From positions 460,403 through 524,402 of the forward strand of contig NMRA01000280.1 of assembly GCA_002633005.1 (NCBI GenBank): 64,000 nt of DNA, in the 5' to 3' direction. Shown here piece by piece: positions 24,569-38,300 of the stretch. The stretch is from Phoronis australis (taxonomy: Eukaryota > Animalia > Phoronida). A model generated the notes under the pieces. It did not search any database, was not told where the DNA came from, and saw only the letters and a list, made by a program, of their open reading frames with translations. How positions within the stretch are numbered: the first letter of the stretch is position 1; every line of letters begins with the position of its first letter. Position numbers and translations under genes: made by a program.

Positions 24569-27500
24569 CTAAAACTCATCATGGAAACTCCTCTCTACAT
24601 TGACAAGTTTTGAGCCCAAGATATACTCCTTTTTATTCAGTATCTCATCAAGGTCGAGTTTGAAGTCATGGTTGACATCACACTCGCGAAGAATCTTTTC
24701 ACCTTCGTTCAATCCCTGGCTAAAATGCGTCGGATTTAAATAGTTCTGGAATGATAAAAGGTAACAGGCTAAATCTCAAGAAAAACCACAGCTAGCGCAG
24801 TGAACTAAAAGTGCTTATGTCAGTGTATAGAGTGCACTGCTACTTGCTTAAAAAAGTTATTAACAAAAAAACAAAGCCCTCTTCAAAGACTTCGGGCTTA
24901 GCGTAATGTCAACTTGCCAAATGTGACCTGGTAATATTACTAGTCTGACAAAAAGGATGTGAGGTTACCAAATATTGTTGACAAGAGCCAAAACCGAAAT
25001 AAACAAGACACTTGTTGTGAAATGACGACTTTCTGATGACCTTGGATTTTTATCAGGTCACCAAACAAATCTGACATCCCATTAGAGGTTAGCCCGGATA
25101 AAGCCCAACTCTGCATTTCACAAACACCCACCGAAGGCTTCACCAAATAAAAAGGTGGAGGCTACAAGCCCTGCTTTTCAGCAACACCTTTCTTAGATGT
25201 TGAACTTATTGTTACCGATAATACTGAACCCCACTGATCACCTTGACCTAGTTATCACCTTGACCCAGTTACTGATCAGCTAGACAGTCCACCAAGACCC
25301 ACTCACCAGCATCTCTTGTTCAGTCACCTTGCCGTTCTTATTGTCATCAATATACTTGTTGAACTCATCGGTTCGCTCCTGGACGTACTTGCGTTCTTCC
25401 TTGTCATCAATATCAATCCCTGCCGGCATCTCCACCTCCCCCGGGATATGTGAGAACTCTTCTGCAGTCAGCTCGCCATCATTGTTCTGGTCTATAGACA
25501 AGAATCACAAATGGCAACTTGTAATTTACAGCAGTGACTTAGTATTACCATATGGTTATCATATCGTGGTTTCGTGAGATGCCAACAGAGATTTCAAAAA
25601 TGCATGTGAATCATAAGTCAGTATCACTAGTAAAATAATAAATAAAGGGACAGTGGCATCGAAATTTTGCAAAACAATATACACAAAACTGAAAGGCCTA
25701 TTGCAAGACACTATGCTTTAATTTCGTTGCTCACTAAGCAAGTTCACCAGCCAGCTAGAGGAATTTTGCAAATGTTTTAATGCTTTTAGCTGTGACAATT
25801 TTCACTGAAACTGATATACTTCCAAAGTATTCTTTTTGCTTTGGTAAGTGAAACAGCGACTAACATGGCAACCATCTTCCATCCAGCATTTTTAGCAGCA
25901 GTATTCTGTTGCTCCACCTATTGTTTACTTATGCTTCTGCAGGTTACAGTGACCTGTTATCACCTGTAATACTACTTGCAGATGAGACTTGGTCAGACTC
26001 AAAAGCTTGGTAATACGAGTGGGAGTTTCCTAGCTCACCACCTCTTTTGTTCTTCTAAAGTCATTTCTCTTAGTCCAATATGCTTTCCACCGTTTTAATG
26101 TCTTGACCAATCCCTCATTTTTAAAACACAACAGGTATAAGGTAATATTGGCTCAAGTCCTGAAATTCAAGTTCTGAATCAAGTTTGGATAACCCATCAG
26201 CTATCTTATTGCCCAGTATGTCCAGGGGTTCAGGCAACTGTGGTGATATTGATACATTGCTGAAAAATGTGATTTCACAATATTCTTTTTTAAAGGCTTA
26301 TAACATCCTGGTTATCTGATAGGATAGCTGTAGATTTGTTTTTGACTCCCTTCTCGAGCAGTTCTGAAACTTTAGAAATTGCAAAGATCTCTACTTGGAA
26401 AACACAATTCTATTTTCCAAGCAAGAGATTTTTCAGTTGGCGGTATATCAGTCGGTTATTCAAAACGAAAACCAAATCATTTTGAACCATCACTACTGCT
26501 TTGATGGAGCTTACATGAAGGTTGCACATCACTAGTAAGCTATCCAGGCAAAACTGTGCGGAGTGGGTATATGCTCAAGATCAAAGGAACTGCTTAGGCC
26601 TCTGCTAGCCACAATATTCTCATTTTCCATTCTGCTGCCAATGGAAACTGCTTGTAATTCAATTGCAAATGCAACTTAAGTGTTTCAGCACAAGACAGCT
26701 GAGTGCCTGAGGCAACTTGCCTTTGGTGTGAAATGAGCTGGTACAGGTGACCATCAGAACAATTTACCCAAATTATCTAAGACAGCAACTTCCACACAAT
26801 CAAGTTGAAATGTGCTAATGATGGAGATATTTCAGTCACACATGGCACATAGTCATCCACAAAATCCCTCTTCGCATTGTCTGATTCTCGTTTGTTTTGG
26901 CCTGTGATGCACAAGATTCCACCTCGCAATGTTTGGTTCTTGTTTCCGTCGGCTTGACATGTGCAATTCTGGTTATATTTTTGGTGAGTCACCATCACAT
27001 TTAGGAAAACAAATAATTATTAAGAACCCAAATGATTTATCTTTGGTTTTTTATGATAGCTTCACTTACACGACTGGATCACTTGTTCACTGCACTCGTG
27101 AACAGTCTCCATGTACCACTTTAAACCTTACCGAGTGAACTCATGATGTCTCTGACCATGTTCTTCATCATTGCTTCACTTGCCTCTGGATGACGGAAGT
27201 TCAGGAACTCTCCCTCAGTAAGTTTGTCATCCCTCGGAGCTTGCTCGGCCTCTTTCCATCGGAACTTGAGACGGATCATTTCATCCTTTTCTGAATTAAT
27301 TAACAAAAATTTTGGGGGGTGATGGATGAACACAAAACTACTACACCGCCACAGCTCAGCAGCAGAAAAACTACAGAAGTTAATCACTGGGTAAGTCTGC
27401 CCGTTTCAAGAAGTTTGATGTATTACTAAAAATACAATGCTTGCCATGGGTATAACTTCATGCAACCCACGGCAACTTATGTCAATCTTTTAAAAACATA

Positions 27501-30500
27501 CCTCACATACACTACATACACAATAATGGGAACAGAACAACATTCTATCCTTGAATGAAATCTACCAGGAGTCTCACACTGTTCTTAATCTTGCCACTGC
27601 ACAACACGCTTGTCTATATTAGCTAGCTACGGCAATAGTCTGATATAACGTGCCCGTATTTTGAGAACCAGTTTGATGCCAGTTAGTTAGTAGAGAAAAC
27701 TGGTTCTCAAAATTCGGGCATGTTATAACAGACCATTACCGCTAGCTATCGATGGCGAATTGGACAATGTCTGACCTTTGATTGAGACCATTAATAGATC
27801 AAATATCGTAGTCAATAAATGATCTCAACCGAGAGGTCAATAACAGAATAGCTAGTGATCCAAAGTGTTGTCACCCAATGGTAAGATTGACGACATCGTG
27901 ACACTCTAGGAATTGATATATGGTTGTTCTATACATTTATTCACGCAGTACATGAGAGATATGTTCTAAAAAGATTGAGATAAGCTCCCATGATGCAACC
28001 AGGCCCAGTATAATATTTAAGTTTCTGGTCTAGTCAGTTACTAGCCTGAAGAAAGATTTACTATGACAACCCTGCTCACACTTACCATCACCAAGGAGAC
28101 TAAGGGTTTCCTGACCAGACATATGTTTCTCCGCCTTATCAGCAGGATGTCCTTGCGACCTCAGATAACCCACCATGTATTCTTTCCAGCTGATGAAGCC
28201 TGAGAATAAAAACATAACGCTTACAGACCCCATCACACTAAAGGCAGCTTTCACTATGTTCTCGAAAATTTCACAGAATGAGAAAAAACTTGAGTTGGAG
28301 AATGATAATATTGATAAGTTCAAACAAAAACGGTCACAGAAATTTCCATTTACAAAACTGTACTGCTTAAAACTGTACTGCTAAAATGCTAAGTTTTGCC
28401 ACATGTTGGATATAAGACAGTTGAACTTTGGAGTTTTTTCTTCCCTTGATTTTTCTAGATGGGAAATTTCGTTGTGCAATGTATTCTAACTTTAGAAAAC
28501 TTTGCTGTTGGCTTGTCACAGTGAGTCAATTGATTCATGCATTGAGCAAGGCTTCAGGCAACAAGAAGCTGTCACCTCTTACCAAGTCAAAAATCAAAAA
28601 TTCTGAATGAGGAGAAAATTGAGCCCAGAGTCATAACGATCCATGAACTAAATGAAAAGTTCTGTTGTTTTGCAACAGGATGGGTTCATGGAAGCTGTAA
28701 CACAAGCATGCCAAAATGCAACCATCAAATCAATGGATTGGTGCATGTGTTCAGTAAAAAATGTCCAAATTAGCTACATGGCACGCAAAATTACAATACA
28801 CATTCTCAAATACAAACCAATCTGGGCTGGGTTCCATAAAACTTCAAAATTATCTGCAGGATATGTTTAAGTGTTGTGTGATATCTGGTGCATTAAACAA
28901 TAACAACGTGCCGAGTGATAATGCAACATTATTGTTGCTATGTGGCGTATAACTTTTATGCAGCTGGGCCCTGAAGAATATCAGGTCATATTGACCAAGG
29001 AAGAACAGCCAATACAATATCTTTCATGTTCCTAAGTGACAGGCTAATGCTGTTGAAACAATTTCAGGTAATCTGGTTTCTATTATTGGACTACCCAAAA
29101 TTGATCTTTTGAGTGATAACACAGTTATAGTGACTACTGACTTTTATTCAACAGAGCTCATCTTGACTCAAAGTTGCATTTGTCGATTTAGCGAAAATCC
29201 CATTACACCAAATGAAATCTGAGCTCGCCAAAACTGTTGTCGGAATCGTTGACTAAAAAAAGTTGTGCCGTATTTCATTCCCAAAATATTGGGCGTACCT
29301 CCTTATTTTCTCCCGTAAATGCACATTCATTCCAAAATTCAGTTACGTAGAATATAGACGATCGCATGCACTGCAGGTGCATGTTTCACCGATTTTGCCC
29401 GGATTTTTGCCAAAATTCCGACTTCTGTCTGTTTACTTCCTGGTGTAATTTAAGCTCATGTTTGATGTGTGCTGACTGCTGTGGTGGCAAATGCACAGAT
29501 TTCACAGAATAACGCAACAATTGTGAACCAAAGGCAACAAATCTAGAAACGCTGTTAGTAATTTAAAGTTTGATGGTCAAAACAAACTTTGGAATGTATT
29601 TTGGGGCAATTAGTGCCTCACTTTGATAATTGCAGTAGCGAATTTGTGGTGAATTTTCCCCAGGTCGCCAAACACAATCTCAAGTTGCATTGGTGACCTG
29701 CAGGTCGATCATTGTTCAATCAAACCCTGGTTACATATTAGGAATCCCATTTTCTTGTTACTGGGGGCGGTCAGCAGACAAAGAATTAATAGTTAGTAAC
29801 TCTTGATTAAATAACACCTTCTTATCAAAGCCTCTTAAGTTGGATGACGACAAAAAATGAATTAGGCCTTTACTCTCATAAAATCAGGCTCATAATCTTC
29901 CATACCAAGATAGGATTCCATTTTTGCTAGCATTTTTTTATTCAGCTAAACAGGACTCTAAGAACATAAATTATTTTCAAAGCAGATTGCAGATCACTAC
30001 AGGTTAGCACTGTGTAGCNAAAAGGAGCCCCAATGGCAACGCCAGTACAGGTTAGTATACAAACCATCTTTATCAGTGTCAAGCATGGCCAGCAAAGTCT
30101 TGCTCTCCTTCTTTGCTTCATCAAAGTGCTCCTTTATTTTCAAATTGATCCATTCCCCAATTTCACCAAGAGTAAGTTCTCCGTCCTTATCTTTATCTGC
30201 CCTAAAAGTCAAACAAATTAATTAGTAACAGGATACACTGCAACTAGTGAAATGTTATATCACTTTGTTTAGCTGACTAAAAATGAAAATTCATTACTAC
30301 GACAGGATTTGATTTCCGTTACCACGTTGGAAACAGAATAATCCTATCTGTGTATGGATTATTACGAACCTCACTTTAAGAGAATAAAATGCCTAATTCA
30401 CTTTCTTGTTGTTTAGCCAGCTATCAGGATGAACTGAAGCTTTATTGGAGAAAAAAATGACCTAAACACACAACCATGTTGTCTACTGGTAATTTGTTGG

Positions 30501-33500
30501 TGTATACTACTGTACGTCACATTAACTTTAAAATCAACATGTTAACCACTAGTTCGAACCCTGAGTGTGTGTTAAAGCACCCTGCAATGTCATATTAATG
30601 TTTTGTAGAACAATTTTAATGCAGAAAGCTTACATTATTTTCTAATACACATAAAGGACCAGGAACATAATGATCTTCATCGACGGACTCAATCGGAAGA
30701 CTCACCACCGCTAGTTGATTCACTCCAGTTTAAATTTGCGATTTCGGTTTGATCCAATTAGGACTGCATGAGAGTTTTTAAGTTAGCAAATACACAACAC
30801 TATAGTGCCTTTAACCAAATGTTGATAAAAGGTACATCCACAGTCTGTCTCTAAATTACTGGATTCATTAGTCCTAGACAGTGACAGAGCGGACCAGGGA
30901 ACTGGGCCAGGAAAGCTGATTCAGATGGTTAGGCACACAGCAGGTCACCTGCACACCGAAAGCGTCTTGGCAATTTATGCGACACACTGGCTAAACCATC
31001 AAAATCACATTGCTTTAAGTACCTTACAAGCATAGAGTGACATCTCTGCAGACCGTGTGCGCTTAAACCCTTTTAACTTGAACTTACTAATACTTCAGCA
31101 ATCAAAAATTCATTCTGAAATGTTTCTTTACTCATCATTTTGCTGCCCATGTAGGTTTGGGTACATCAAGCGATAGCGATTAGACGGTTTAGGCACATTG
31201 AGGAGTAATTTGATGAATAGTTTCGGAGCATGTAGAGCCACCTAACATAACCCTAGAGAGAACGGACCATTCAGTTTACATGCCGTTACATTGTAAACAC
31301 TCAAACCATGATTTGATCAGGGATGGTCAACTACCAGAGAGAAGACCACATTTACATAAAGTGTGATCTCATCTTAAGCAGTGGTAAAGAACCCAGCATA
31401 CTGTAGGACTCTCCAAAAAGGTCCAAATTAGGCTAATTTTGGAACATCATATGTCAGAAACGGCTGATTGGATTCATATGAAACTTTCAGATAATCCTTT
31501 ATGCACTTTTCTCCGAAATGCTATGAGGATTCATCATTAATGCTCCACTTTAGCATACAGAAAGATTATCAAAAAAAGACTCTTATGATTTTTGTGGCAA
31601 AAATTGCAACAAAAGTTGCATAAAATGAAAACAAAATGATAATTAAGAAAACTGTTGCAGTGTTTCAGAGATTTTGCAGGCTTTCTACTTTGAAACATTG
31701 CAGGCTTTCTACTTTGAAACATTGCAGGCTTTCTACTTTGAAACATTGCAGGCTTTCTACTTTCAAAAACGTGATTCTTTTATTGAGTTAGAATATACTT
31801 CTTTTTAGATATTAGACTAAATGCAGAGACTTGGCCACGATGTCTTACATAACCTTATAAGTAATAGATTATGGAGTTAAAATTCTATAACCCTAAGGTC
31901 TTAAGTGTTCGAGTTTGGTAAAGCATCATCATGTTTTTCAGTAAGAAAGGATAAAAATTCCTATAAACATGCTTTCCATCACCAAAAACAACTTTCAATT
32001 CAGACTGCTTAACATAATTGACCATCAAAAGTGAAATTGGAGGTGATTTCAGGGCTTTCAAGGAAACAACAATTCATTAATTGCTTGAGACCAGGCTCTA
32101 CTTATAATGTCTCGAGCCTGATGTTAATGAATATCAAATCGCCACTTTTTTGCAAAATCAAAATTCACAAGCTCACCAGAGTAAGGAACACGTTGACACC
32201 AATTTTTAAAGGTAAGTGGCCTAAACCATAAATTTGTTTCTCAGACGATACAATTGAGTTTATAGCCACTTGAAATCAGCGACTAATCTACAGATTGAGA
32301 AACTAATGACAAAGGTGAATTACCATTGGAAAGGCTTTGACTTGCTGCTTGCAGGTTATGAACACTGGGTTATTGATTCATATCATGTCTGGATTTTTAG
32401 CAGGTGTGGGCCAGTGGCTCACCTGGAGGGAAAGATACTAGTGTCTTCTGAAAAGGGAATTTCTTGGTTGAGGAAACCTCCCTCGCTCTCAGTCACCAAT
32501 TCCAAATAACACCACAAGATGGAGTTATCAAGAGTGAAGCCAAACGTACGGTAATGACATAATGGCTACTACCAGGTCGTGAACAGATGACCTTGCTTAA
32601 CAAGATTCCTTCTTCACAACCAGTTTTATTCATTCTTTCAGGCACAGCTTCTATGATGAGTTAGCAATACTTAGCAGACAAGTCATGCTGGAAACTACTT
32701 CCATTGATGAATAGCTAAAAGCTTGGAGTTTTGTGACAAAACTATACTAGTAATTACTTGACCAATTTTGAAAATCCGAAACCCCACGTAGACTAATTTT
32801 TACTCCTATATTCAGATGTTACGGCTTCCATCAGTTTTCATGTCCCAAAAAGAAAACGGAAAATACTACCTGGATGCTTTTTAGCCTTCTACTTAGATTT
32901 GATCTGAGAAGAAACAGCAATTACTCTCACTATGTGTGCACTGAATAGTGTCACTCTATTGACAACTACTGCAGCCCCTTAAATAGACTGGAATATGGAT
33001 AGAACTAGTCGGGCTGACCACGTGGCATTGGAAAAATTCAAAAGATTTAACCAAATCAATCTTTATCTCGTTTAAAGTGGAATTTGCACGCTTTTTCCTT
33101 ATCCAGGGCTCGACATAACGAGCTGCAGGTCGCATTTGCGACCTGAAATTTGGAAATGCGAGCTGAGATTTTTGTCAGCTCGTATCAAGTCGCAAAATGC
33201 GACCTGGAATTTCCAACGAATGCGAGCTGAATTTTTACAGTTCTCAACAGATACCTGGCAAATACAAAGCAGCTCTTATTAATCCGACCGTTATTTGGTT
33301 GTTGCCAAATCCAAGTTCAAAAGAACACTAACAGCCCTCCCGATGTCGACTTGTAAGCAAGTCGCGCGAACATGGGATATGCAGAATCGATCTTTGATGC
33401 GTTTCATTGGCTAACACTTTCGGCCACTTTTGTAAATTCCCAGATTCGCCGAAGAAAGTTTCGGGCCACTGCTTAACACGTGATAAAACTTCACAAAACG

Positions 33501-36500
33501 ACGGTGTTTCTACTAATTCTTAAGCGATCAACTTACCAAACTTTGTGGTGGACAAAAATGTTTATTTTTCACATAAGATGTCCTTATTACATGTACCAAA
33601 TATCCACGACAATATCCCTGATATCGCAATGCGGCACCGTTAGCGCGCAAGCGGTCCCGGCAGACAATCGTGACTTAGACTGAGATGTGCTTCTCCTTTT
33701 TATCGTATTAAGACAGCCAAAGTGAAAATTACAACCTTATTAATCGCCAAACGACGGTCACGTCTTTACTTTCAGTCGCCAAGAAATTCTCAAACCCTTT
33801 ACTTGTTTCTGGGGCTACGTGCGCGAAATATGATTTGTCTTTCACACGTTGTTGCCAACGTAAAGTGTAGGCCTACTCCAGCGATTCAAGTGCGTGAACT
33901 CACGCGTGCGCACCACTTCAAAGAACAGCGACAGTCCTAAATGAAAGAGTATACCGACTTGGCTCTGGTTTATTTGAAAATGAACTCAGATTCCCAGCGG
34001 TTATAAAAGACTCGATGTCCCGGGACCGATATAACCCAGAATTGACGTTTTCCTGTTCCGATGTTTCCCGAGGTCGATGTTCTGTAAACCCTGTATTCTA
34101 TGCCCGTAGTCAGCTATTGCAACTAAACTGGCACTAGATGCGAAATTGTGGGTCAAGTTAGCGAACTTTTCATACACCCCCGGCAACTTTTCGCTCCCCG
34201 AACCACCGTCGCCGCAAAATGCTCAGACTCCTATAGAAACAACCTTGTTCCGGCTGAAGCGGGCAGTTAAAAACAAAACCATTCCGGGTGGCTAAAAAGG
34301 GTACAATGTAGGTGGTAACGATACCCCACTAGATGGAGTTTGTCTCGCAAAATCGTATTATTATAACGTTTCTTACCATTGCAGCGTTTTAATATCTTAT
34401 TACCGCAAACACTGAGGTTAACGATTATGCTCACGCACAAGCCAACTCCCTACCTTTAAAGTGTTTCATAATAAGCGCTCACTGATCTATTAAAAGTCCC
34501 GTCTTAAATGTTGAAAATTTCCAATTAAGCGCCCACAGTTCAAGCTAGCGCCCATCATAGCGCACTACAAACGACCGCGTGTGGTTTAAAATTGACACGC
34601 AGCTTACGTGGTGTGTCACTTTCATTTTACACAAATTAAGTTTTCAAAAACGTGTTTTCACAATTGTAAAAACCAAATCCCGACTTTGTTTTATATCTCG
34701 GAAAGAAAGTTAACACTAGTGACATGCGTGTCGTTTTGTGACTGACCTATTTTTCCCGTACTTGGAAGGTATTCAGAAGCAAACTTGCCATTACCCGAGT
34801 TAGTTTGAATCATTAACGACTTTGATGACAGCCAGTAGCAGGCCAGATCTAACAAAATCCCGGATACTTTTTCAACGGGCATTTTCTCCCTTTTCACATC
34901 GCAAATTTAGCTACTCGAATGCACAAGTCAGTTAGAGAGCACTGATACAACTTTCATGTCGGCAACTTTCCTTGCGCTCTAGAGTCTTTCAATGTCGGTC
35001 GTGAAGAACAGTAAGGCCGTACCTGCATGAATGAAGTCAATTTTGAGATCCGAAATTTGTGAGTATTTAACGCTGCAGGTACTAAGGTAAGAGCATAATC
35101 TAAACATTTTCTCGATGATCTAAAAAATCTATTTTGGCGCATCAAAAAAGCGGGAAAATTTTGCGACCTGGCATTTAGGAATGCGAGCTGGATTTTGAAA
35201 ATGCGACCTGGTATTTTGGCTATTTCGCAAAATGCGACCTGGCGATTTTAATACCGTCGAACCCTGTTATCTGAGCTGTGATTGCTTGGTCATATTAGCT
35301 AGAAACACAGAATAGTGACGATGTGAATATGAAGCACATTGAGAATTGTCAAATGTTTTTAAGAACGAGTTTTGTGTTGAAAACGATCCGCTGCATATCA
35401 CTCAACCGAGATCAGTAAGTACGTGTCGTCATGTTGGGGAATTTGCACGATGCGGTCTATGTAAAGCCCCAAGGTTACTGCAAAGACACCTATTGGCATT
35501 TTTTTTGTTTTCACATTACAGGTTGTCACTGAATACAACTGCACTTTGTTTAGCATAGATGATGTTCAAATAACATTGTCCTTAAGTTCCTGCTGTACAT
35601 TAGCATAAGTTAGGAGCACGCAAATACAGTCAAGTGACCTAATTATCGGATGTTTTGGCACATTTTGCATTATATTTAATTGAAAATCACTACGGACTGC
35701 TGTAAATTCTTTGCTGAAATTAAGGCTTACCTTCACAGAATTGTTCTGTTACTTTATCTTGGCACTAAAAGCCACATTTATGTTCCGACTGATCTTTAAA
35801 AAACACAACTAGCAAACCTTCGGAAAACCTAAATATCGGACACCATGTTTTCCCATACACCACACCGCGGAAAACTCACTAACCAAGTAATGGCCGCGGG
35901 CACCTTGTAGCCAAATTTCAGCTAGAGTGTTTTGACATATATGCTGCTAAAACACAGGTCCATTCGCAAAAAAATTATCCATAAAATGAAATCTGATGAC
36001 GGCGCCAAGTCGTTTCGATGAATTAGTGAAGACGAGACGACTAAAGCACGTGCAAACTCACTGAAGTTTATAGTATCTCTTTGGCTTCTTGATATGACAC
36101 CCGCACGTGTGCGATCGGGGTTTGACTTAAGTTTTAAAACAAATGAAAAAATGGAACAGTGACATATTGTCAGTTCAACGAGATGGTTTCATTGTGGAAA
36201 AAGATTTTATTTTAAACTTTTATAACCGATTTATGCGATCGTCCAATTTAGGCCTATTTGGGAACTCGTCTAAATTGCACCCTCTCTCAGTGAAATCAAA
36301 ACGAGGCAACGCTATAAAAAACGAGACGGTGCCGGACATTGAATGCATTACAGGTGCATTCCACGGTATTGGTTTTGTTACAGATGTGACATTCAGACAC
36401 TTTAAATTCCAATATAAAATTAGTGAAGCATCACAGTAGTAAGAAATTTTAAGTACACATTACACACTTGATGGAAGCACTTCAGGTATCAAAAGTTTTT

Positions 36501-37736
36501 AATTCTGCACATTATAAGTGTGCTAAAATTTACTTTTAATTAGCGTTACAGATGTGACCGAAAATGCCACGGTTAATATGCTAATGGTGGTTTGTCTAAA
36601 AACTCTGTTCTGTCTTTCATATTATGGAACTAGTTTCCCTATAGATAATTTAACTATTTATTTGGCTATAACATGAAGAAAAGGTTTTTGAACAAAAATC
36701 AAGTCTTTGTATAATTATGAGCAATTTAAAAAAACCACGTGCGTTACAGATGTGACTGTTACAGATGTGACTATTTGGCACTTGCACTATACAGACTTGT
36801 AGAATGCAATTTTAATGAAAACAAAGCTAATAAAATCCCATTAAGTGTATGTAAGGGTTGTGGGTAAACTATTTTNGTTAAAATTGATTTACTTTTTTTC
36901 CTAAAATCAAAACTTTTGTTACTTAAATGTTACAGATGTGACTTTCACTAATTTGAAAGTTTAATTGGAAATACTAATTATCAAAAAATCAGGTAGTTTC
37001 AACTGTTAGTATACTTCTTGTGTAGCAAATGATATATTAAAACAATTTTGGCATTTATTTCTTCATGTCTGTAGAAAAAATTATGAAAAAAGTTATGTCA
37101 CATCTGTAACGCAAAATTTTACAAATAAGAGATAAACCTTCCGATAAAAGCAAAATTTCTAAGACTAACAGAAAATGGACCTGCAGACAACAAAATTCAA
37201 TGATTAAACTATGTGTAAACATCAAAATTAAAGTTAAAAGGCTGATTTGAAATTTTTAAGTCCATGGCACAAATACCGTGGAATGCACCTACAACGGAAC
37301 AAAAATTGGTGTCATTAAATTCTCAGATTATGCTTCACGTAAGATTTTATGAAATGTCCGATATTTAGGTTCTGTCCGATAATTAGGTACACTACGTGTA
37401 CAGGGGGATGTTTACACCATGACTTAGAAATTTCACCCAAAATAATTACAAGTCATCTTACTTTGCAAAAACCTCCTTGAGTTTATCAAGTTTTTGGTCC
37501 TCAGGTAAGTTGTCGATGTCTTCATGGTTACCCAGGAATATTTCTTTTCTAAAATCCTCATTGATCTGCCCATCCTGCTCCATTTTAACGGCTTCCAGGT
37601 GATCGGGAGGTTTCACTTCAATTGTGTTACCTTCTGAATCTGTTATACCCAAACTTTTGCCGTACACACATATCGTCCAGGTTAAAACAACGTAAAAGAA
37701 CAACCCCGTAAGGATACAAACACTTTTCCAACTCAT
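24569..37736 (-). CDS. SDF4: 45 kDa calcium-binding protein Cab45 (CREC-family EF-hand protein), 6 coding exons, 348 aa
   Basis: Exons 37736-37462, 30201-30065, 28199-28086, 27290-27132, 25491-25307 and 24745-24569. All GT-AG and phase-consistent, 1047 nt in total. Signal peptide; Cab45-typical PPDHLEAVKMEQDGQINEDFRKEIFLG; EF-hand loops (DKDKDGELTLGE, DTDKDGFISWKE, DQNNDGELTAEE, DDNKNGKVTEQE, DVNHDFKLDLDE); FLNFRHPE; C-terminal GSKLVNVERSFHDEF*. Confidence 0.92.
27620..27750. repeat. Short fold-back inverted repeat (MITE remnant) in an SDF4 intron
   Basis: ~50-bp arms: TAGCTACGGCAATAGTCTGATATAACGTGCCCGTATTTTGAGAACCAGTTT vs AAACTGGTTCTCAAAATTCGGGCATGTTATAACAGACCATTACCGCTAGCTA. Confidence 0.8.
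31674..31763. repeat. 24-bp minisatellite, ~3.7 copies
   Basis: TTGCAGGCTTTCTACTTTGAAACA repeated. Confidence 0.92.
33104..35266. mobile_element. Non-autonomous hAT-like element (hAT5-type, 5-bp TSD), 2.16 kb, in SDF4 intron 1
   Basis: TTATC|CAGGGCTCGAC ... GTCGAACCCTG|TTATC. Clusters of TGCGA(C/G)CTG subterminal repeats at both ends. No transposase ORF. Confidence 0.8.
35627..37398. mobile_element. Tc1/mariner-like MITE (TA TSD) hosting a nested element
   Basis: TA|CAGTCAAGTGACCTAATTATCGGA ... TCCGATAATTAGGTACACTACGTG|TA. An inner ACCTAAATATCGGACA repeat is mirrored at ~37355. Confidence 0.6.
36353..37289. mobile_element. Young non-autonomous DNA transposon with 18-bp perfect TIRs and 4-bp TSD (unclassified)
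   Basis: TACA|GGTGCATTCCACGGTATT ... AATACCGTGGAATGCACC|TACA. Internal GTTACAGATGTGAC motif occurs five times forward and once inverted. Confidence 0.85.
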
Positions 37737-38300
37737 TTTATACAACTACGTTTAATTTGATGACGCTCAGCGGGAGTTGAGGTAATTCAGCTGTTCTGAC
37801 GTGTCGCCGTCCACACCTTCGAAAACGGAATCAGATGTGCCCCGCACAGACTAGACAAAATTACGCAATTTCAAATCTTCTTTAATACATATCGACATAT
37901 ATGTATCGCCACAGCTACGGTTGCTTGCAGAATTACACTCTGGTGATAGAAACTGACTTGGTGAAAATACGCCGCAGACACACAGCAGACAACGACGGAA
38001 ATGCACTTCTGCCATCTGACGGCATACTTTGATCACGTGATTAATTCACACTATAGCATTTGACATATATGTGTATCCGCAACAAAATAGAACCAATTGT
38101 TAGTAATATTGTTTTACAGTGTAATTCAATTAACAAAACGTTGATTATTATTCCCCATAGAAGAATAAGATTTTTATTCATCTGATAACTCACAAAAGTA
38201 AGCTCTAAAGTGTCTGCTATTCCTTTTTTTGCACTTGACGGCATGGCGCAAGAATATCAGCACGTTGAAAGGATCTACTTACGTTTCAACGACGATCAAG
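37737..38300. promoter_or_regulatory. Putative bidirectional promoter between SDF4 and cyclin L
   Basis: Only 564 bp between the divergent ATGs. Palindromic E-box TCACGTGA (~38033), ETS-like CGGAAAT (~37995), several TGACG half-sites, YY1-like AAGATGGC overlapping the cyclin L ATG. Confidence 0.65.

Noticed and set aside
25975-26020. Hammerhead-like CAGATGAG...CTCAAAA
   Set aside because: Both catalytic core boxes deviate from CTGANGA/GAAA and stems I and III could not be formed.
29151-29729. Possible further hAT-like element (CAGAG...CCCTG)
   Set aside because: The termini match poorly and there is no TSD.
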